A DNA stretch of 61,532 nt, the filler included, from Sphacelaria rigidula (taxonomy: Eukaryota), in the NCBI GenBank assembly GCA_964200075.2. It is 8 parts of 8 records of this genome, joined end to end, with 100 filler letters (N's around TTAATTAATTAA, not from the genome) between each part and the next. Parts side by side here need not be neighbours in the genome. Positions count along the whole stretch, not along the records: positions 1 to 7,604 come from CAXNAA020014127.1; positions 7,705 to 15,308 come from CAXNAA020014128.1; 6 more parts are not named here. The stretch is one strand, 5' to 3'. This document shows positions 1 through 13,168 of the stretch, one piece after another. A model generated the notes under the pieces. That model had not been told where the DNA came from. It saw nothing but the letters and a program-made list of their open reading frames with translations, and made no database searches. The translations under genes and the position numbers were made by a program. Positions within the stretch are counted from its first letter, which is position 1. Each line of letters starts with the position of its first letter.

Positions 1-592
1 TTTTTTTTTTTTTTTTTGCCTGAGCGTCCCCTCCCCCCCACCCCCCCCCCCCCCCCCCCCCCCTCACGCCCCCCACGCCCCCCGAAAAAAAAAATCCTGG
101 CTTGGGGAGGCAACGTTTACACGTGAATTGAAAGGGGAAAAGCCGAGCACAACAAGCAGCTGGGAAACCTAACGCATGGGTTCGTTTCGCCAATGTTGCC
201 CATATGAGGCGCTTCATGCAGCAGCCTGAAACCAAACATGAGGCGCTGTGATCATTTTCTTGGCGACAATGACAATGGATTACAATGTAAATAAAAATGT
301 ACTGTGAACAGTGTACAACCTATTGTCTATTGCAATAGACGCGATAGTCGAAACTGTACGCTGTACATTTTTTTTACTATGTAATGTATAGTACAGGGTG
401 TGAACACTTTTGGGCTGTTTTTTCGGGGGGGGTGGGGGGGGGGCTATCGTACAAGTGTCAATGCACTCCATGGCTGGGGGAAGCCACTCTTGTTTCGATG
501 TATTATGGTGGGGAACCAACACCCACCCACACTAACATCGACATGCCCTGCTGCTGCTGCTGTTGCTGCTACTACTACTACCATTGCTGCAG

Positions 593-3115
593 CAAAGTCG
601 ACTCAAGCAGCAACGTGAACAGCTTCGGCAACAACATTTAGAGCAGCAGGTCAGTCGCGAAACGAGCGAGCACAAAATGTTTGTCGTGTTGTGCTCGTAC
701 AAGGAAACAAGAAAACACGACAAGCATTGTTGGGTCGGAAAAAAAAAAAAAAACGTTTCTTTGCGTGCTCTGGCTCTGGCTCGGTTTGTCTCGTATCGAG
801 CAATGAATGTGGTGTAAGCAAGCAAGCAACGAATTATGATCCACCACCGTAAACATTGTTGGGTCGCCAAAAAAAAACGTCATCGCAGGCGTTGGCGAGG
901 GAGCAGGCAGAGGCGGAGGCTAGGATGGCCAAGATGGAGGAAGAGACGAAACAAGCTCTCCTTGCCCAGCAACAGCAAAAAAAAATCAGGCAGCAAGAGC
1001 TGGTGAGAACGCTATTACGGAGCGACAGCATATATCCATAGTTTCCCGTCTGTTACCATACTAACGCCCCTGAATATTTTGCGTTTTTGCCCCAGCGGGA
1101 GGCGGGTGTGCGCAGTGTAGGCGGCATCCCGACCGTGAGAGTTGATATTTTCATGTGAGGCCATGCAAGCCCCCCTATATTTTCAACACGTACAGTATCT
1201 AGGCGAACGCTCTACAGGTATGAAGTCCGTACAGTTGCGAAATTCCGTAGGTTTGTAGGATACAGAGTAGGTTCGGAATCTACCTGGAATACCCTCCCGG
1301 TATTGGAAACCCGGCTTCTCGAGAGTCCCGAGGGTCTTCTCACCTTTTCCGCATCGGGAAAAAAAAAATCGGATTCTCTCGGAGAACATAAATGGTGTAC
1401 TTCAGCCTCTGCTCCGTAGGCTCTTTTTTGGGCCAAGAACATGTTGCTTTTTGGCCTATAGGAGCCTACGGAGCAAAGGCTTACATGTACTTCCTCTGTC
1501 CCCAAAGTCGGGACCAAATTGACTGTACGGGTGCTTAGCGGTGCGCGATGCTTTTTATTTTTTATTTTTTTCATGTAGTTGCACACCGTGGCGTTTTTTG
1601 AGGTGAAACCCATTATCTAATCTTACGGTTTCCATGTTCACCATGCAGTAGTATCGTCAACATACATTCGTCGGCCTGAAGACAACCAACCGTACATATT
1701 ATATAATTCCCCCCCATTCTTGCAGCAAGAGAAGAGGGAAAAAAAAACAGTGACGAAGGAAAGCCAAAAACAAGTTAAGCGTTATAACCGTGGCCGACCG
1801 CATGGTGAAAATGGAAGCTGTAAAAGTAAAAGAATAGGTGTCAACTCGAAAAACGCAGAAGATTGCAATGAATGAAACGCGAAAAGGATCTGAGATGGGT
1901 GAGTCAATGGCTCGTACAAACAATTCGGTTGTAACTTATGGGACAGAGAAAGTTATGTTTTCATATCTGCTGGAAGTCGGACTCTCTACTCAATCTTAAC
2001 AACCGGTGTTTAACTTGTTTCTCAGCGGTAGACGTGAGGTTGATCTGTGCGGAATGGACTGCACAAGGTGACAGACATGTGTATCGCGCGAGGTACCCAC
2101 CCACCGGACACTTTTCGTCTTTTTCGTTGACCGACCCATACAACTCTGGAAGATGCAGAGGCCTGCTGTTGAGCGCAGAGCACGTGCAGCGTAGTGGTGC
2201 GCCCCTGCCCAACCATCGTATTTGCGTTGCCGTGTATGTGCACTCGTCCACGCATGCCTGTGTGTGTCGCGTGTTGTCTTCCCATATATTCTGGACGCCA
2301 GTCTACACGCTTCGCTATATGTGGGCGCATCAGCCGGGGTCACACAGGAGGGAGAGCAACACAGGATTTTTTTTTTTCTTCTCATGTTTTAGTACTCCAC
2401 CTTCCTTCTGCAGTGCTTGCCTGTATTTTTTATCGCGAGAGGGGTTCAGCGGCCCCTTTCTCTAGTCGCCCGTCAAGTCGAATTTTGTGTACCCCACGAC
2501 ACGGTTTCTCTCCACTGTTGGACATGGTGTGAGAAAAATCCCCGATCGATGCCTGAAAATATTCTTCGTTGTCATAATTTGTTCATTCCCTCCCCTCCCC
2601 CCAATGATCATATGACTACATGAGCACACACGCCCACACCCCTCCCTCTAATTTGCATGTTACAGTTACAACTGTTGGCTTGCATCGCAAAACGAATCCG
2701 AGTTCTACTCTGACATATATCATGACACGTCATCACCTCGTCCAATCAGGCACGACTTCGCGAAGCCGACAATACCCCGGCGGAATCACCTAGCAGCAAC
2801 AGAGACACTAACTCCGTCGAAGATCAAGCGGCGCAACATAGGGAACGATCGAAATCACGCCATCGAACTTCCTCCGACTCGTCTCCTCCACCCAGCACCA
2901 AGGCCGTCGTGAACGCCGCCGAATTAGGGTCCCCAGCTGCAGGGGTGGTGCCTGTGCGCACCTCCGTGCCCGGCCCACGAGTGGTGCCTGCCAGCGAGGC
3001 GCCTCCCCCGCGGACCGGCCTGTATGCCGCTAGTTCTGGAGGGAGTGTGGGGGTTGGGAGCAACCCGGGCGCGTTGGCTGATCCTACTCAAGATGAAAGT
3101 TGCGTTATAGCTTAG
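593..3115 (+). CDS. 3' part of a spliced gene for a Q-rich coiled-coil protein with a C-terminal CaaX box (CVIA). Exons 593-649, 889-1002, 2750-3115; 5' partial.
   Basis: All three exons have AG/GT boundaries and join in phase 0: QSRLKQQREQLRQQHLEQQ | ALAREQAEAEARMAKMEEETKQALLAQQQQKKIRQQEL | ARLREADNTP...QDESCVIA*. Confidence 0.7.
2270..2500 (+). repeat. Dispersed SINE-like repeat; second copy on the minus strand at ~8850-9075
   Basis: The motifs cccat..ctggacgccagtctac, gtgggcgcatcagccgggg and caacacaggattt are shared with the reverse complement of 8850-9075 on a different contig. Confidence 0.6.
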
Positions 3116-6100
3116 ACAAGGAGCGGCGGCGGCCGGGGGGGCGGGGAGAGGGGGGGAGGGGGGGGTAACTTCGACGCAGCATCTCATGACATGTTGAGAC
3201 TTTGTTTTGTGACATTTGATTTGGATGATGTCGAGGTGGCGTAGTGTGGAGACTTTGGTGAATTGAGTGATTCGTGGGTCGAGTGTAATGATGGTGCGTG
3301 GCATTTTTTACACAGGAGAGTGACGTTGGAAGCGTTATGTATCACGGTATCATAGTATTGAGCTGGGTTGTATACGGCGAGAGTTGTGGAATGGTTGATT
3401 GGAATGGTTCTCGATAGGGTTTTTTAATTAGAGTTGTGTGCTGATATGTTCACGTGGGGGGGGGGGGGGTGAATATCGGTTGTGAGTCGTGCGTATGATT
3501 GAGAGTTGGGGCGGGCGGGTGTGGAGCGAGGGGTTTTCTGCTTGTCGATATGTGCTGTGGTATTGACGTTTTGTATGCCTTCGACGTGCGATGACACCCT
3601 TGGAACAGAAAATAAAGCTCGAGAGTCTTGTTTCTGAGATGGGCCTCTAAAACCGCCGCGCATCTCTCGAGGTCGCGAGTAACGGAAGCCCCCCCGCCCC
3701 CCCCCTTAATACTATTTTTCTTTACTCGCCGCCGTGATGGGCAAGAAAGAAGAAGTGCGGCGCGGGCCGCTGTCTTTCTCATGAAGAGCACAGCAGTGAG
3801 CTCCGGCGGTTCTTTTGCGTTCGAGCTTTATTTGGACCCTCCGTGTTCTCTGTTGGAAATAGTTGGAAAGCGCAGGGATGACAATACCGTGGTGTCCTCC
3901 TCCATTTCGCGTACTGTAGTACATACAAACGCTGCGGAGGCGTTTTCTTGGTGATGGTGGTGGTGGTGGTGGTGGTGGTTGTCGGGTGACGTTGGCTTTC
4001 TTTCCGTTAATCTGTGAAGGTTGTGAGACCCTCGGTGACGGTAGCAACCGTCGAAGGTGACCGATGATTTTCCTCGTGTTATGTTGTCAGGGATCGACCG
4101 TAAGTCGTGGGGTTTAGGCAAGTAGATCACTCGGGAGAGCTCGACGAGCGCGAGCGAGTTAGGCAGAAGAAGTGATCCTCAGGGATTGACCGCAGTTCGC
4201 TGGGCAGATCCCTGTTACCTTGGGGTCCCAGATCCGGCTGTACAGATACGGGAGTTTCGGGGCTCCCGGGAACTACCACTGTAACAGCCGTCCACGAGGT
4301 TTCACGTCATGCCCAAAATGGCGATCTCCACAAATTCTCTCTTTCGCTTCGGTTTTGTTTCATTGTCGTGTCAAGTATAACTGTGTCTCGAATTGTTGTT
4401 TCTTTTTCCTTTTTTTGTTTTTTTTTCTCCCTCCCTCCCTTCTTTCTGGCTTGCCTATTATCTCAATTCTCTTTTCGGGGTGCTCGGTCAGTGCTTCTTT
4501 TCTGTTTTTTGTTCTCCCCCCCCCCCTCTTTGCCTTTGCTTGGGTCCTTCTTTGTGCTCAAAAGGAGTTGATGAGAGTTTGAATGCACGAAATGAGAAAG
4601 ATGAACGATGACGTGCGGTCTGTTTGGTTCCACCACAGTACCGAAAGTTTGCAAAAATCGGCATATGCATATATGCGTGTATACATACGTGATCCATGAG
4701 CCCTCCCCTCCCCCCCCCTCCATTCGCCCGTCCAACATGGTTGTAGCTGGCCTGTATCCACACCCAACGCGTGCGTTGAGAATGTGCCTGATTGCCGATT
4801 GGTTAAGGGATTTTGAGCAATTACTCCGGAAAAGTCGCTGTAACATAGAGCGCGGCGTACTGTTTTTGAGCAGCGTATCACTGCGTGCGCGTAGAGTGGA
4901 AGCTGGAAAAGACGAGAATGAAAAAAAAAAGTCCCATCTGACACGAAGATGACGAGGAGGAACACGTTCTGTGGGAATGTGATGTGGGTGTTTTTGACAG
5001 TAGTGGATCAACGCGGGGGAGACGCCGATTAATATATATATATATGATAATATATATATTATTATATATTTGCTGTTTTTAAAGTCTTGATATGGTTAAA
5101 ATAGCGGCAAACATGGGCTGGGGGAGTTTTGAGGGTCCGAGTATGAAATGGACAAAACCCGGATTTTTTCAACGAGGAGAATCCTCGCGGGCGATTTGGG
5201 GTAATCGCAAACAGATCTGGGGACTTGGGAAGGAGGAAAAGGAAGAGGGGCTGCTGGAATCAAAACAATTTTTTTACCAAGTTTACTTCGAATCTTGCGC
5301 AGGCTTGTGTTGAACTGATGGATGTGCGCCCACGCCTCGCGACGAACACACTGCAGGAAGAAGGGGAGTCGCTGAGGAGAAGTGGAGAGAAAGTATATAG
5401 TAAGATTTGGCTGTATCGGGTGTTGTGTACGGTGGTGCAGATTGATCGAGGGGAGGAACCACTCGAGAGAGTCTAGGCCAGGCGGTAGGCGGTGGGTGGA
5501 TGGTGACCGATGTAGGAGGAAGCAGCGTGAGGTACTTTGAACGCCTTTTCTGTTCATCTATGACAAGAATGAACGTACACACCGGCAACTGACAGGGGAC
5601 ATATACTATATTATATATTTTCATCTGCGTTGCGAAGGCATACACGCGTTTTTTTTTTCTAGCATTTTTCTTTCTCATCGTATACGTTGTGAGCTCTATA
5701 TGTAGAAACCGAAAATGCATATACAAAACTAGGAAAAGGGAACGTCCGGTGTGTTTGTTGTGTACGGGCGGGTAACACGCCCGTGTGTGATGCTTCGAAT
5801 GGATGCGGGTTGTTGTGACAGATTCCTTCCCCCACCCACCCTCCCGCCCCGCCCCTCTTATCTTCTTCCCTCTGGCTGGTTATTGCTTGTTGTTGTTGTA
5901 TTGTTGTTGTTTTTGTTTTATGGCTGTTTCTTTCGTTTCTTTCGTATTTTTATATTATCCGCACGAGCGTACGTGAGCCGCATGTGGTTCCGTCGCTCTA
6001 ATCGGTTGTGGTGTTTCTAGTAGTATGTGTGTCAAACACACCGTGTACCCTACACCGATCTACTCCACGGAAAGATCGTACCTTTTTTTTCAGGTCTGGT

Positions 6101-6298
6101 CTAAGGTGGTGAGAGAGTCCTCGATTTTTTTTCTCGCTTCTCTGTCTCTAAGAATAAACATGGCTATATTCTGTGGCAGGTACTACGAAGTTTTATGACG
6201 ACACCGATTGACTCCCGTCATCCTAGTACATGCACCGAGTGATTGTTCCAATTCCAATTTCACAATGTGAACTTGGTTTCTGCTGCGGGCAAAAGTTC

Positions 6299-6869
6299 CA
6301 AGGTTGTGTTTTGTAGGGTACGGTTTTCTGTATACCCGGGGTATTTTGTCGGGTATTTGCCGTACCCGACAATTCTTTAATCTCTGTAAGACTTTCATAC
6401 TCTTACCCAATAGTTCTGTGATTTCTGCAAGACGTCCGTACCGTTACCGGGGGGAACGGGTACGCTCTTGATGAGATACCTGATTGCGGATACGGTCTTC
6501 TGTGCAAGCCCCATACCTTACCCGACGGTTTCTGTGAGTTCTGTAACTCTCCCACACCCTTACCCGACAGCTCTGTGAGTTCTGTACAGAATGTTCACCC
6601 GTACCCGGAGCGCAGGTATGCTCGTGAAGAAATACCCGATTGCCAGTACCGGTTTTCTGTAAGCCTCCTATACCGTACCCGACAAGTTCTGTAATTTCTG
6701 TAAGGCTTTCATTCAGTACCGGTACCCGACAGTTCTGTCAGCTCTGTAAGCCTCCCATACCCCTATCCGGGGTTAAGCTATACCGTTATAGATATACTCG
6801 ATTGCAAGGATGAGCACAGGTATACCTTGGGGAGGTACGGGTATAGGTTCAATCCAAACACAACTCATG
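6299..6869. mobile_element. MITE-like element with internal degenerate tandem subrepeats (tacccgacagttctgtgagttctgtaa)
   Basis: Starts caaggttgtgttttgtagggtacgg and ends ccaaacacaac (imperfect TIR). The tacccga..ttctgt units are reiterated. The same left end recurs at ~7467-7535. Confidence 0.5.
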
Positions 6870-7604
6870 ACCTGAAGATGTACCTCACATCGATCAACCC
6901 ACCCAACTCCTTCGTTCGAAACTGCACACCGGCAATAACTCAATGTCAAAAAGTTCTTTAGTTTGGGATCTGACAGGATACGAGGCACCGCTGAGTGGAA
7001 GCTCGAAACATGATCAGCCCTGCAGACCGTCAGGATGGACCACCCCCAGACTCGCGAGTGGTGGCTCGAACGGGGGTGGTTCATCTGCACCACCAGGGGA
7101 TCAAGTAGCAAGACGCACGTCATCGACGTTGATGGTGGTTGTGTCATGGTCATCACACCCCAGGCCGTTATCGACATGTACAGCACAGATTATATGAGCT
7201 GCCACCGAAAGTCGTCAAGGCCGTCGGCGATTTTATCGCGTGCCGAAGGGCTTCCAGAGAAGGGGCAGCCGTGAATGCTCCTTCATGTACTCTCTGGGAG
7301 TGTATAGGAAACCGATAGATGTTGACGATCCATGTTCTACTGCGATTGTTCGTGTAGTCTTTCTCTATCGACCCCGTGAAAGCCGTTCAGAGTTTTCGTG
7401 AACTATCGCCTGTATTTCGCCGCTGTTGTAGTGACCTAGGTCCCACCACAGGGGTGATGATAATACCAAGGTCATGTTGTGTAGGGTACGGTTTTCTGTA
7501 TATTCAGGGCATTTTGCCGGGTATTTACCGTAAACAGCCAATCATCTATGTTGAGGATGGTGCTATTGATTGAGGATGAGAACCCGGAGGATTAAAATCT
7601 TCGT

Positions 7605-7704
7605 NNNNNNNNNNNNNNNNNNNNNNNNNNNNNNNNNNNNNNNNNNNNTTAATTAATTAANNNNNNNNNNNNNNNNNNNNNNNNNNNNNNNNNNNNNNNN
7701 NNNN
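7605..7704. other. Artificial contig linker N44-TTAATTAATTAA-N44. Also at 15309-15408, 23013-23112, 30717-30816, 38421-38520, 46125-46224 and 53829-53928.
   Basis: Seven identical 100-bp spacers carry stop codons in all six frames. Every flanking segment is exactly 7604 bp. Confidence 0.99.
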
Positions 7705-7860
7705 CGCCCGGTCGGGGTGGCGGACAATCGACGATGAATAACACCCCCTAAGTTCATATTGGATCTATCTGGTTTGCCGGAGCACCGTCCTTCCGGGCAT
7801 GTGTGTGACAGAGAACAGTAGTAGCGGTGACGGAAATATTGCCCTGTTTTTCAAGGACAG

Positions 7861-8013
7861 GATCTTCAGCGCACAGAGCGCGTGCTGTCCAAAAAGAGAG
7901 CCAGAGAGAAACTGATCTTCGTATCGATGATGACGTGCTCCGGCAAGACGAAGAGACGACGGAAACTCTCCGCAGCTTGGTGTTTCGGGACATGGAAAAT
8001 TTGGCACATGCTG
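7861..8013 (+). CDS. Isolated candidate internal exon (phase 1-1), unknown protein
   Basis: cag|GATCTT...GCTG|gtaaga; 153 nt open reading SSAHRARAVQKESQRETDLRIDDDVLRQDEETTETLRSLVFRDMENLAHA. Confidence 0.35.
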
Positions 8014-8849
8014 GTAAGATCAATGATGCCAGTCTCTCGAGCGATTGGTAGTCGCCGAGCGAGGACACACGAAGGACACGGGCGGGGAGCTTCCTCTTTG
8101 TCGTTGCTTCTCTCTCTGGTGATATCACCATCGACACGCGTGTACACCGCATTCGTTGGGTGCACCTAGCCCGAACTGCCCAACTCCTCCTGCGGAGTGT
8201 TGGGGGAAAATACCTTCCTTTTGTGTTACTGTTTTGTATTGTCCCAACGGAAGCGTTTTGCGGGTTGAACCTCATTTTATAGTTCAACCCCAAAAACTAG
8301 GATCGGCTGTTAAATCGGCTTGTAGCCTGGCCCAGCCTGTACTACCATGATTTGTCTCAAAACACATAGAAAGCTGCGCCGGCCGCATACAGTGTATCTT
8401 TTTTCACCCCCATCGTTCTTCGAGTTGATCGGGCAGGTTACAGCAAAACTAACATAAACACCCCACGCCGACCACCCTCGTTACTCATCTACCGCACCCC
8501 CGCCCGCCCGCTAACTACAATCCATCAATCAATCACTACAGTGCAGTCCAGTCCAGTCCACTCCACTCCAGTACATGAGTTACGACACAGTGATACTGTC
8601 GACGAGCAAAGAATGTAACACCCAAATACAAAATAATAACAGCAACAGCCACACTTCGATCACCTATACATCACGGAGCCGGTCGCCCTAGATACTCAGT
8701 CGCTGGTGACCTCGAAGCAAACCGCATCTGACGGTCAAGACGTGCATGGGATTGAATCTCGGTGAAGTGACACGATCTGAGACTTTTTTCATATCATGCT
8801 GTATCATGCCGAATACAAGACAGGAGTGGGCAGCGAACAATGTGACGTG

Positions 8850-9075
8850 AGTACATGAAGTTCGATATCACGGTCGACGAGGGAACGGCAATGGAAATCA
8901 AGGCAAGCACCGACCGCAGAAGGAAGGTGAGGGTGCAGTGCTTCAGTAAAAACAAAACAAAACAAATCCTGTGTTGATCATCGCCCTGTGCAGATGTCCC
9001 CGGCAGATGCACCCACAAAATACCGAGAGGTATTGTAGTAGACTGGCGTCCAGGGTAGATGGGATCACGACACAA
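8850..9075 (-). repeat. Dispersed SINE-like repeat, same family as 2270-2500
   Basis: Its reverse complement matches the motifs at 2270-2500. Confidence 0.55.
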
Positions 9076-9874
9076 CCCAACTCAACATGAACAATTGTTA
9101 CTCAATCGATGTCTATGTGTGGCCATGTGGTGTGACCTGTGACCGGCTACATTACAGCACAGTCGGTATCTTTGACGGCAGCTTTATTGAGCTTGCTGCA
9201 GATGACGGTTCATTGTGTGTGTACCGACTGGGCGTCGGCGCGGTAGATGGGTGACGAGTGTGGCGGTTTCATGGTATCTGCGTGAGCTTCCCTGTACTGT
9301 ACTGTATGACCTGTTTGATCAACTCGGACCTGTCCAGGGCAAAAATATATGGAGGCCGTAGCGTTTGGTGTGTTTCGGAAGCAAGATGTGGTGTACACGT
9401 GTCCATCTCTGGGTGTAGTCGAAGACATCCCAGACACATAACATAGTCAAAAGTACCCCGACCGAGCAGAAACGTGGCGGAGCTTTCCCTGGAGCACGAG
9501 ACGTCGTGTTCCGCAACTGGCGGTGCAACATCCGAGCTTCTGGGGAGCACGTGGAACGGCGCTGGGGGCTGACGTGCAGCCGTGATTGACCACAAAGGAC
9601 GAGTTCACTGTACAGTTCAACAGTATACAGGCAGAATATATGCGAAACTTGATCCGCAAAATCGTCCGCAAATTCGCAACGCGGAACTCGGCCGAAAACG
9701 CCTCCGTGGTATCAGCCACAGCCGTAGCCGGTTGTGTCCGTGTCATGGCATCGCCCATGTGTTCATAACTTTTTGACCACCCTCTACTCACAGCATCCGA
9801 ACCACAACCAGCTTCGCGACACAAACGCACCCAAATATACAACGAGTAGACGACAAGGCGTATCAGCATCAATC

Positions 9875-11666
9875 ATGGTGAACTACCTGACTGTGCCATT
9901 CCAGGGAGTAGTCCTTGCTGGCAACGAGAAGCAGCAGCAGCTGGTGCAAGGATTGCAGGTGCACGAGCAGCACCAGAACCAGAACAAAGGAGGCATCGCA
10001 CAAGGTAAGGGTGGGTAGCATTCTGTAGCCACTCTGGTAGGTACATCCGATGGTAGACACAGCAGCACGGCAGCAATGTTGTAGTGCAGCAGCACGTGTG
10101 TACTTCGCTCTGTCGGGCGCCTTCGTCTTGCCTGCACACCCCTGCCGTAAATTGGCGTCGTGTTACACACTACCTTGGTTTTCGCGGACTGTGAAGTTGA
10201 TAAATCCTGCAGGTTCATACATGCACCACGTTCTGTACAAGAACATGTAGCGAGCAGGGTAGTTCCAGTTTCTGCTTGAGGAGCGGCAAGGTAAGACAAA
10301 CACGATTAATTGTACTCCTGCCGCCCGCTCGGTGCCGAAAGCTTTCCTTGCCCAACTATCGCGTCACACGCCAGTGGGGGGTCTTGGGTCCCGCGTGTTG
10401 GGTGCGCATGAGCATTTTCGGTACCATGCAGAGAGTCACTTGTACTCAACCGCACTGTTGTGTGCTATAATGCTGTATGCAGTAGGTACACCTGTTAACA
10501 CGTACAGACGGCGGTTTGCGGTATGGTAGTGGACTAGACTGTTCGGTGCTGTTGTACTGGAGTGTACGTGATCATATGTAGATAGGGCACTCCGCGATTC
10601 GACAGTCGCCCCCTCACCATGTACACCGGGCGCTGTGAGAACACCTCACTCACGCCCTCGCTGTCTCTGTGCCCGCCCTGCCGTCGCCCTGTATTTTTGC
10701 TGCAGCTTCTCCTATGCTGGTGGTGTCAGACGAACACGAACAACAAGTGATTACAAGCGCGCCGCCGACCACGGGAGGGCCGTGGGCTCTGTGCCGAGAC
10801 CAGCAAGGGCGCATGCTCTGGTGAGTGCTTACAAAGCCGTCCGCAGGGCTCGCGTTTGGTTTCATCTCTCGCCTTTGCGTCGCTGGATATTTTGAACTTG
10901 GGACGTAGTGCAAATGCTGGGTATTTTTGGCGTTATATGTTGTACACATGTCAGGCTAGACACAGAGGGAAAATGGGATGTGAATCCAGATGTGTTGTAC
11001 TTTGCATGACAAGATACTGTAGTGCTCCAGTCGGGCTTCAAACCTTCTTTGTGCGATATGCTCCCATACATACGTATGTTTGATCTTGTGTAGAACCGCC
11101 CGCGATGGACTTGGCACATCCGCCCAGCACAGTCTATGTTGTTTCGACCCGACTCCGGATCGCATGGCGGTCACGATGAACTCCCCCCACTCGTTTTCCG
11201 CCCTTCTGCGACGGCTCAAAGCACTGGTGGTAACCGACTCGAACCTCCCCCATAACGGACTCATCGCACCCTCAGGTTGAACAACAACACCAGCCAATGG
11301 ACCTACGCTGCTGGAGCGACGGCCAGCCAAATCATGCAGCCGCCCCCGCCTCCGCAGTATGTGCACATATCACAGGTGGCCCAGCCACAGGCCAACACCG
11401 CATGGGTAGTATCCCCGCCGACCTCCCCACCGCAACAGCGGCAACAGCAGATGCTGTGGATGCCTGTCGGCGTATCGCCGACGCCGTCGGACGTAGACGA
11501 CGACAGCGATGACGACGAGGAGGAGGTTGAGAAGCCAAGTAAGAGTAAGAGCAAGGTGGTGTACCCTGGTCTGCCAACGTGGGAGGAATGTTGGAATGCG
11601 GAGGGGAATATTGTGTGGATCCACAGAGAGACCGGGAAGCTTGTACACACCGACCCGTACGAGTAG
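9875..11666 (+). CDS. Complete 3-exon gene, ~211-aa protein with two WW-like domains. Exons 9875-10004, 10706-10820, 11276-11666.
   Basis: Start context aatcATGG. Donors gtaagg and gtgagt, CAG acceptors, and phases 1 and 2 all match (636 nt total). WW1 GPWALCRDQQGRMLW|LNNNTSQWTY spans intron 2. WW2 is GLPTWEECWNAEGNIVWIHRETGKLVHTDP. Confidence 0.8.
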
Positions 11667-12731
11667 ACGGGGCGTAGTACCGCACTGTGATGATAGCACT
11701 CCATAGGCAGATGTTGTGGGTAGCGGTTCTGTATATTCAAACGCGTGAAAACGAACAAAACTTTAGCCTGACTTATCCAGGTTTGTGTTTGGTGTTGCTT
11801 GTTGTGTTGGTGTGGTTATGTAGCGTTATGCAACATTTGTGTCGTGTGGTGTCGAGGTTTGGTGAAGCATTGATGCGTTTTTTGTACGAGTACTGTTTTG
11901 GACAGGTAGGTCGTTGTTTTGTATTCAGTGCGTCTATATGTATACGTAAGTGGCAACATGTCATTTAGAGAAACGAGGGGGGGACGTGTTCCCACATAGA
12001 CCGGGTAACAAATAGAGTGATGGGTGAGTGGTGTGTCAACAGAGTGGGTAGCGCAAAACATCGGGGATGCGTCAGCGGTGAAACTGATAAGGCCTGGCAT
12101 TAGCAGACTTGGGTGAAAGGAAATCACCGGAGTACGGCGCATCGTGTGAATATACCGGGCGGCGAGTGGAGAAATATAGTGTTGTGTCCAACAGAGTTAT
12201 CGAGAGAAGTTACGCCAGCGTTATTATGAGTTGTATACGGATAACAGCGATTACTCGATCAGACGTTGCATTTCAGCACGGGGTGTACCGAACTACTTCC
12301 GTGGGGGCTGGCGTCGGGACCTTGGAGCGAAATGGGCACCAACGATGCTTCTCTCAGTTCGGAGCCATGGGTGCTCGTCGTTGGTAGCTGCAGAGTCGAT
12401 TTCGAGGAGTAGTGTTGCCCGACGTTGTTTGGTGTTGGTGTTGGTGTTGTTGTTGGTGATGCTGGTGGTAGTGGTGGTGATGACGGTGTGCAAAATACAA
12501 AACCTTTTACGAAACATTCTGTTCTTGTTCTGCTCCTTTCCGTGTACGGTGCGCTTGGGATGCTCTGTGGTTGGCTCCATCCCCTGCTTGGGACGTTGAG
12601 CGAGAGATACCTGGGGTTTCGGCGTGGAGCACGGGGATATTCCGTGGCCCGTGGCGACGGATAGATAGTTTCATCTCTTGTATTATTGGAGATTGCCTAG
12701 ACAGAGTCGACCCTATGACTGAGGGATCAGA

Positions 12732-12875
12732 TGTTGAGTGTGCTCAGCAGGCAGTGTGGTAGCTGCCATGAGCGGGGTACTGTAGTCACACACACTCGAC
12801 TACCAGCACCCGCACGTCCGCATTAATCTATCCGCACATGTGCATGTTCACTCAGTGTACCTATTCACATGAACA
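12732..12875 (-). repeat. Putative 144-bp 3' LTR (TGTT...AACA) preceded by polypurine tract AGAGGGGG (12876-12883)
   Basis: The minus strand reads ...ctcAGAGGGGG|TGTTCATG...CACTCAACA, ~290 bp downstream of the RNase H stop. Confidence 0.65.
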
Positions 12876-13168
12876 CCCCCTCTGAGCTGGTACATCAGTC
12901 GTCGTGGCTTTCTCTCTCTCTCAAAAAATGTTTCAAGGGGGAAACCCGCCCATCCGGGCAAAAACCCCGTCCCCTCAACAGCTCGTGCTCCATTTAGATA
13001 ATCCGTGGACGCCGGTCAAGGCAGATACACAACATGTCAGGGAACGCCCTATAAAATCCATGCCCCTCAAAGTAGCGTGCGTGGCGTAACCCAAAATGCG
13101 CATAAATGCATCACTTGAACATCTAAAAATAGCCGGCACGAGCACAATGGTACACACAAAAAACGTAC

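Noticed and set aside
6380..6770. CRISPR-like spaced repeats
   Set aside because: Units are degenerate and contiguous, with no unique spacers and no cas genes, in a eukaryotic context. A minisatellite within a MITE explains them better.
7649..7660. TTAATTAATTAA palindrome recurring at exact 7704-bp intervals
   Set aside because: It is embedded in N runs and is a synthetic six-frame stop linker, not a biological periodic element.
9440..9480. Kinase Gly-loop-like peptide LLGRGTFDYV (minus strand)
   Set aside because: No VAIK, HRD or DFG motifs follow, and there are no supporting splice sites.
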